The notes under the pieces: generated by a model
Told to the model about the DNA's origin: nothing
Databases searched by the model: none
What the model saw: only the letters and a program-made list of their open reading frames with translations
Source of the DNA: Squalus acanthias
Taxonomy: Eukaryota
Assembly (NCBI GenBank): GCA_030390025.1
Contig: CM059432.1
Span: 16,742,001-16,806,000, forward strand
Length of the DNA stretch: 64,000 nucleotides
Reading direction: 5' to 3'
Translations under genes and position numbers: made by a program
Shown: positions 61,518-64,000 of the stretch, in pieces
How the letters are laid out: every line of letters begins with the position of its first letter
Position numbering within the stretch: the first letter of the stretch is position 1

Positions 61518-64000
61518 AGAACATAAGAACATAAGAAATAAGAGCAGGAGTAGGCCATACGGTCCCTCGAGCCTGCTCCGCCATTCAATAAGATCATGGC
61601 TGATCATCGACCGCAACTCCACTTTCCCACCCGATCTCCATATCCCTCGATTCCCCTAGAGTCCAAAAATCTATCTATCTCAGCCGTGAATATACTCAAA
61701 GACTCAGCATTCACAGCCCTCTGGGGCAGAGAATTCCAAAGATTCATAACCCTCTGAATGAAGAAATTCCTCCTCATCTCGGTCTTAAATGGCCTACCCC
61801 TTATCCTGAGACTATGCCCCCTAGTTCTCGACACTCCAGCCAGGGGAAACAACCTCTCAGCATCTACCCTGTCAATCCCCTTCAGAATCTTGTATGTTTC
61901 AATGAGATCACCGCTCATTCTACTAAACTCCAGAGAGTATCGGCCCATTATACACAATCGCTCATCAAAGGACAGCCCTCTCATCCCAGGAATCAATCCA
62001 GTTAACCTTTGTTGCACCACCTCCAGGCCAACTATATCTTTCCTTCGATAAGGAGACCAAAACTGTGCAAAGTACTCCAGGTGTGGTCTCACCCAATTGT
62101 AGCAAGACTTCCTTACTCTTATACTCCAACCCCCTTGCAATAAAGGCTAACATGCCATTTGCTTTCCTTATTGCTTGCTGTACCTGCATGCTAGCTTTCT
62201 GTGTTTCTTGCATGAGGACACCCAAATCTCTCTGAACACCAATATTTGAAAGTTTCTTACCATTCAAAAATATTCTGTTTTTCTATTCTTCCTACCAAAG
62301 TGAATAACCTCACATTTCCCTACATTATACTCCATCTGCCACCTTACTGCCCACTCACTTCGTCTATCTATATCCCTTTGCAGACTCTTTGTGTTCTCCT
62401 CACAGCTTACTGTCCCACCTAGCTTTGTAACATCAGCAAACTTGGATACATTACGCTCGTTCCCATCATCTAGGTTATTAATATAGATTGTAAATAGCTG
62501 AGGCCCCAACACTGATCCTTGCAGCTCCCCACTAGTTGCAGCCTGCCAACCTGAAAAAGATCTGTTTATCCCTACTCTCTGTTTTCTGTCCGTTAACCAA
62601 TCCTCTATCCATGCTACTATATTACCCCCAACCCCTTGAGCCCTAATCTTGTGTAATAACCTTTTACGTGGCACCTTATCGAATGCCTTTTGGAAATCCA
62701 AATATACTACATCCACTGGGTCCCCTTTATCTACCCTGCTAGTTACATCCTCAAAAAACTCTAATAAATTTGTCAAACACGATTTTCCTTTCATAAAACC
62801 AAGTTGACTCTGCCTAATCATGTTATGATTTTCTAAGTGCCCTGATACCACTTCCTTACCAATGGATTCCAGCATTTTCCTGATGACTGATGTCAGGCTA
62901 ACTGGCCTGTAGTTCCTTGTTTTTTCTCTCCCTCCTTTCTTGAATAGTGGTGTTACATTTGCAACCTTCCAGTCCGCTGGGACCGTTCTAGAATCTAGGG
63001 AATTTTGGAAGATCAAAACCAATGCATCCACTATCTCTTCAGCCACCTCTTTTAGAACCCTAGGATGTAGGCCGTCAGGCCCAGGGGATTTCTCGGCTTT
63101 TAGTCCCATTAGTTTCTCTAGTACTTTTTCTCTACTTATATTAATTATGTTAAGTTCCTCACCCTCATTAGGTCCTTGGTTCCCCACCATTTTTGGTATG
63201 CTTTTTGTGTCTTCTACTGTGAAGACAGATACAAAATATTTGTTTAACTTTTCTGCCATTTCCTTATTCCCCATAATAACTTCTCCTGTCTCAGCCTCTA
63301 AGGGACCAATGCTTACTTTTGCTACTCTCTTCCTTTTTACATATTTGTAGAAGCTCTTACAATCTGCTTTTATATTTCTTGCTAGTTTTCTCTCATTCTA
63401 TTTTTTCCCCCTTTTATCAATTTTTCAGTCATCCTTTGCTGGTTTCTGAAACTCTCCCAATCCTCAGGCTTACTATTATTCTTTGCAACATTATAAGCTT
63501 CTTCTTTCAATCTAATGCTATCCTTAACTTCTGTAGTTAGCCACGGTTGGATCACTTTTCCCGTGGCGTTTTTGTTTCTCAACGGAATATATTTTTGTTG
63601 AGAATTATGAAATATTTCTTTAAATGCCACTGCTTATCTACTGCCATACCTTTTAATCCAATCTACCTTAGCCAACTCGCCCCTCATACCTATATAATTG
63701 GCTTTATTTAAGTTTAAGACTCTAATTTTGGACTCAGGCAAGTCACTCTCAAAATTAAGGTGAAATTCTGTAATATTATGATCACTCTGCCCCAGAGGAT
63801 CCTTTACTATGAGATTGCTAATTAACCCCGTCTCATTACACAATACAAGATCTAAAATAGCCTGTTCCCTGGTTGGTTCCATGACATATTGTTCTAGGAA
63901 ACTGTCCCAAATGCATTCCATGAACTCGTCCTCCAGACTACCTTTGCCAATTTGATTTGTCCAGTCTATATGAAGATTAAAGTCCCCCCAAGATTATTGC
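61518..64000 (-). mobile_element. CR1 LINE ORF2 (EN end, RT, 3'UTR), runs off the window
   Basis: ORF 62264-63274 (KSPGPDGLHPRVLKE, YLDFQKAFDKV, QGSVLGP) plus frameshifted flanks; aagaacat tail. Confidence 0.95.

Noticed and set aside
1..64000. CRISPR arrays, rRNA or prokaryotic operons
   Set aside because: No regularly spaced repeat-spacer arrays or dense ORFs; the sequence is vertebrate intronic DNA.

Overview
Vertebrate genomic DNA; the repeat content (dense CR1, L2 and RTE LINEs, Deu-type tRNA SINEs) suggests a cartilaginous fish, which is an inference. Most or all of the window is probably intronic sequence of PTK2 (focal adhesion kinase) on the minus strand. Two coding exons are clear: the ATG exon (41253-41473) and the next 167-nt FERM exon (31119-31285). 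I found no following exon in 1-31118. The rest is mostly transposon relics: many CR1, L2 and RTE LINEs, SINEs, three LTR copies of two families, Harbinger and hAT transposase remnants, and several MITE families. Most notable: (i) a 1.45-kb solo LTR family with 4-bp TSD and a long multi-hairpin region after the poly(A) signal; (ii) a 161-bp palindrome built from two Penelope-type hammerhead-like cores; (iii) Harbinger-type MITEs carrying an NRF1-like motif and stacked splice donors; (iv) an RTE inserted in permuted order within one TSD; (v) a four-level nested insertion; (vi) a uORF overlapping an open in-frame extension in the PTK2 start exon; (vii) a non-repeat hairpin at 7214-7317. None is proven novel without database searches. 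Repeat boundaries are approximate unless a TSD is given.
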